Below are positions 7,610-10,041 of a stretch of 10,041 bases of DNA, piece by piece (positions within the stretch are counted from its first letter, which is position 1; every line of letters starts with the position of its first letter). Source of the DNA: Prasinococcaceae sp. CCMP 1430 (lineage: Eukaryota > Plantae > Prasinodermophyta). The translations under genes and the position numbers were made by a program. The notes under the pieces are model-generated. The model did no database searches. It was not told the origin of the DNA and saw only the letters and a list, made by a program, of their open reading frames with translations. The stretch is from the NCBI GenBank assembly GCA_013416795.1, contig RQSC01000520.1:1-10041 (forward strand), written 5' to 3'.

Positions 7610-9947
7610 GTCGGGCTTGATCGTCAGCGCCTGGCTGTTGACGGGCGACTCGGTGGACGCCTCAGGGAAGGTCGCGCTCACCACCTCGGGCTTCATCACG
7701 ACGTCCTCGGGGATGTCCTCGGTGGCCGTGGAGCCCACCACGAGGTCCATGTACATGGGCGAGATGCCGCTGCCCGGACCCTTGGTGGTGATCATCTCGC
7801 GCGTGATGGTGGTGCCCTTGGGGATCGCGACCGCCGACACGACCGACTTCGCGAGCTTGGTGAAGACGGGGGCCTCGCTCTCCATGCGCTTCTTCTCGCA
7901 CGAGCCGAGCGCCTCCTCCACCACCGCGATGTCACGAATGAGCGTCTCGATGCCCTTGGGCTCGAGCGAAGCCGCGTGGTCGCCGCCCTTCATGGTGCGA
8001 TCGAGCGTGATGTGGCGCTCGACGACCTTGGCGCCCATCGCCACCGCGGCGAGCGAGATCTGCAGGCCCTTCTCGTGGCCGGAGTAGCCGATCACGCACT
8101 GCGGGAACTCCTTCTGGTACGTGCGCAGCACGCGCAGGTTGGTCTCGCTGACCTTCGTCGGGTAGGTGGAGGTGCACTGCAGCAGCACGATCTTGTCGAC
8201 GAAGCGCGTCACCAGCTTGAGCGCCGTGCGCACGGTCTCCATCTCGGCCATGCCGGTCGAGAGGATGAGCGGCTTGCCCTTGCGCGCGGTGTGCTCCAGC
8301 AGCGGGAAGTTGGTGAGGTCGGCCGAAGCCACCTTGTAGAAGGGGCAGCCGACGCGGTCGAGGAAGTCCACGCTGTCCTCGTCCCAGCCCGACGCGAAGA
8401 AGAGGATGCCGACCTCGTCGGCGTACTTCTTCATCTCGTTCCACTCGGGCTCGCCCAGCTCGAGCGCGTGCTTGTGCTCGCCGTAGGTGGGGCCGAAAGA
8501 GTTCTTGTTCACGTACGGCTTCATCAGGCCCTCCTTGGAGAGGATGCGCTCCACGGTGCGCTTCTGGAACTTGACGGCGTCGCAGCCCACGTCCTTGGCC
8601 ATCTTGATCAGCTTCTTGGCGATCTCCACGTCGCCCTGGTGGTTGATGCCGGCCTCGCCGATCACGAAGCACTTGTTGGTGCCGCCCACGCTCACGCCGG
8701 GGGCGATCTGGAACTCGTTGGGCTCGAAGGGCGCGATCTTGGCGCCGAAGTACCCGTACTTGGGAGCGAGCTTCTGCATGATCTCCAGGTCGACCTGGCT
8801 GTCAATCTCCTGATACGTGTGCTCGGGCATCTCGTAGTGGGCAATCTTGCCGCCGAGGCGCGAGCCAGTGTCCTTGAGCGTGGCCGCGCGCGTGAGGTAG
8901 AACGCGCCGTTCTCAACGAGCTGGCCCTGCCAGTCCTGGCGGCGGGGGCGCTTGGCGGGGTTGTAGTCCAGCGCCTCGCCCGCCTCGTTCCAGTGGAAGC
9001 GGTGCGTGCGCACGACGGTCACGAGCGAGTCCGCCTTCTCCTCCTGGAGCTTGGCGATCGCGTTGGCGAAGTCGGTGGGCTGCGTGAGCGGCGAGGTCGG
9101 CTGGATCATGCAGATGACGTCAAACTCGTCCTTGTTGGAGCTCACGAAATCCTCGAGCACGGACTCGGACGAGGCCGTGTCCGTCGAGGCTGCGGCGGAG
9201 CGCATGTGCACCTTGGCACCCGACGCCTGGGGGAGGCGCGAGCGGCCCGCCAGGTTCAGCAGCGGGGTGTCCGCGGCGAGCTGCGTGTCAGCACGGGCAG
9301 GCGGACGATCGGGCGCGGTCGTTCAGGGAGCGCCCGATCGGAGCGGAGGGCAAGGCAGGGCCGACCTGCGCCTGAAGGGCGCGGCCGCCGTGGACACTGC
9401 GAAACGCACGCGCGCGCGATGGACCCAGGCGCGCGCGCGCGATGGACCCAGGCGGGGCGGAGTCGCGGCTGACCGCCGCACGTCGGTGACGAGAAAAGCG
9501 ACATGCTGGCCGCCGCACGCGGCGCAGCGCGGCGCGGCGCCGTGCGGGGTCCTCCCGAGGCATGCACGTGCAGCGCGTCCTCGAGCCGAGGAGTGCACCA
9601 CTCATGCGCTGCGTTGCGCTGCGCTGCGCTGCGCTGCGCTGCCAAGCGAGGGGGTGAAACGATTCCACGGAAAGGGGCGGCGCGGGGCGGCGGCGTGCCG
9701 CTGCCGGCCGGCCCCACCCCCGCAGCAGAAGCAGAATTCAATTCGCGCCGGGCGGGCTGCGCACCTTGGCGACGGCGGCGACCTCGTCGTCATCGGTCGA
9801 CACCCAGACCGCGCCGAAGGCGCCCGAGTCGATCGCCGCGCAGATCGTCCAGTCAATGAGCGGCCGCCCGCACAGGTGGCGCACGTTCTTGCGCGGCACG
9901 CCCTTGCTGCCGCCGCGCGCGGGGATGACGGCGACGACGCGCGCCAT
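6536..9947 (-). CDS. CMAS-NANS-NANS fusion: CMP-sialic acid synthetase domain plus two tandem sialic acid (9-phosphate) synthase units; exon 1 9765..9947, exon 2 6536..9226; 957 aa
   Basis: Exon 1 (61 codons) gives [21 protein letters not shown]...[13 protein letters not shown] phase-0 splice joins it to [10 protein letters not shown]..., restoring the CMAS segment VAKxxGAxVHxRS with no gap. Exon 2 is an open 896-codon frame with [21 protein letters not shown] and YGYFG, then two copies of the NeuB fold. Confidence 0.9.
6570..7579. repeat. 1010-nt direct repeat, copy A
   Basis: No mismatch found by eye against 7698..8707 (offset 1128). The overlapping off-frame ORFs 6804..7544 and 7932..8672 also translate identically. 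Confidence 0.92.
7667..8737 (-). other. NANS: NANS/NeuB unit 1 (middle of the fusion)
   Basis: Same motif set as unit 2; begins about 2 codons after the CMAS-terminal YGYFG. Confidence 0.92.
7698..8707. repeat. 1010-nt direct repeat, copy B
   Basis: Identical by eye to 6570..7579; separated from it by a unique in-frame 118-nt spacer (7580..7697). Confidence 0.92.
9409..9454. repeat. Perfect 23-nt tandem duplication inside the intron
   Basis: cgcgcgcgcgatggacccaggcg at 9409..9431 and 9432..9454. Confidence 0.85.
9606..9640. repeat. (GCGCT)7 pentanucleotide microsatellite inside the intron
   Basis: gcgct gcgtt gcgct gcgct gcgct gcgct gcgct (one imperfect unit). Confidence 0.85.
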
Positions 9948-10041
9948 CGCTGGCGGCTGCTGCGCGCGGCTGGCGGGTACGAATAACAACGGCGGCTGCG
10001 GGCGGGCGGGCGGCGCGCGGGCGCCCGGCACGTCCGCTGTG

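Larger units (their letters stand above)
9227..9764 (-). other. Spliceosomal intron, 538 nt, phase 0
   Basis: On the minus strand: donor AAG|GTGCGC at 9764, and acceptor ctcgcgcctcccccAG|GCG at 9227 with a gctgaac branch-like motif about 30 nt upstream. The unspliced exon-1 frame hits a stop 8 codons after the donor. Splicing restores continuous CMAS homology. Confidence 0.88.
8744..9947 (-). other. CMAS: CMP-sialic acid synthetase (CMAS/NeuA) catalytic domain, split by the intron
   Basis: [15 protein letters not shown]-loop, [44 protein letters not shown]...KYGYFG. These closely parallel the vertebrate CMAS N-terminal domain as I recall it ([23 protein letters not shown]...RYGYFG). Confidence 0.9.

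Noticed and set aside
6570-8707. The 1-kb direct repeats as LTRs or a mobile element
   Set aside because: Both copies are in-frame enzyme coding sequence with only a 118-nt coding spacer; no TG..CA ends, target-site duplication or transposase/RT.
6485-9472. 995-aa plus-strand ORF antisense to the fusion gene
   Set aside because: In-register mirror of a highly biased gene. It is Leu/His/Gly/Val/Asp-rich with no motifs, and its internal repeat simply reflects the NANS duplication.
631-9947. A functional gene cluster linking CFAP20, XDH and sialic acid synthesis
   Set aside because: No shared pathway; adjacency of unrelated genes is normal in compact eukaryotic genomes.
9256-9986. Several ORFs of 84-326 aa within or across the intron
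   Set aside because: They translate repeat-rich GC intron sequence (e.g. [10 protein letters not shown]) and show no homology or codon bias.

Overview
Very GC-rich eukaryotic genomic DNA. A flagellated alga or protist is inferred (a haptophyte is plausible but not provable here). There are three genes. (1) Intronless CFAP20/BUG22, 631..1209 (+). (2) Intronless plant/algal-type xanthine dehydrogenase, ~2225..6367 (+), with the XDH-type catalytic residues intact. (3) A convergent, two-exon minus-strand gene, join of 9765..9947 and 6536..9226, 957 aa, with a 538-nt GT-AG intron. Gene 3 encodes an unusual fusion: an animal-like CMP-sialic acid synthetase (CMAS/NeuA) catalytic domain followed by two tandem sialic-acid(-9-phosphate) synthase units (NANS/NeuB plus SAF/AFP-like domain). 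By eye the two NANS units are identical over 1010 nt (6570..7579 vs 7698..8707, period 1128). Their immediate flanks are homologous but strongly diverged, which suggests an old duplication homogenised by gene conversion, or assembly collapse. This CMAS-NANS-NANS gene is the standout. Non-coding regions carry G-quadruplex, (CG)n and short tandem-repeat motifs. No mobile elements, RNA genes or CRISPR arrays are supported. All homology calls come from recalled motifs, not database searches.
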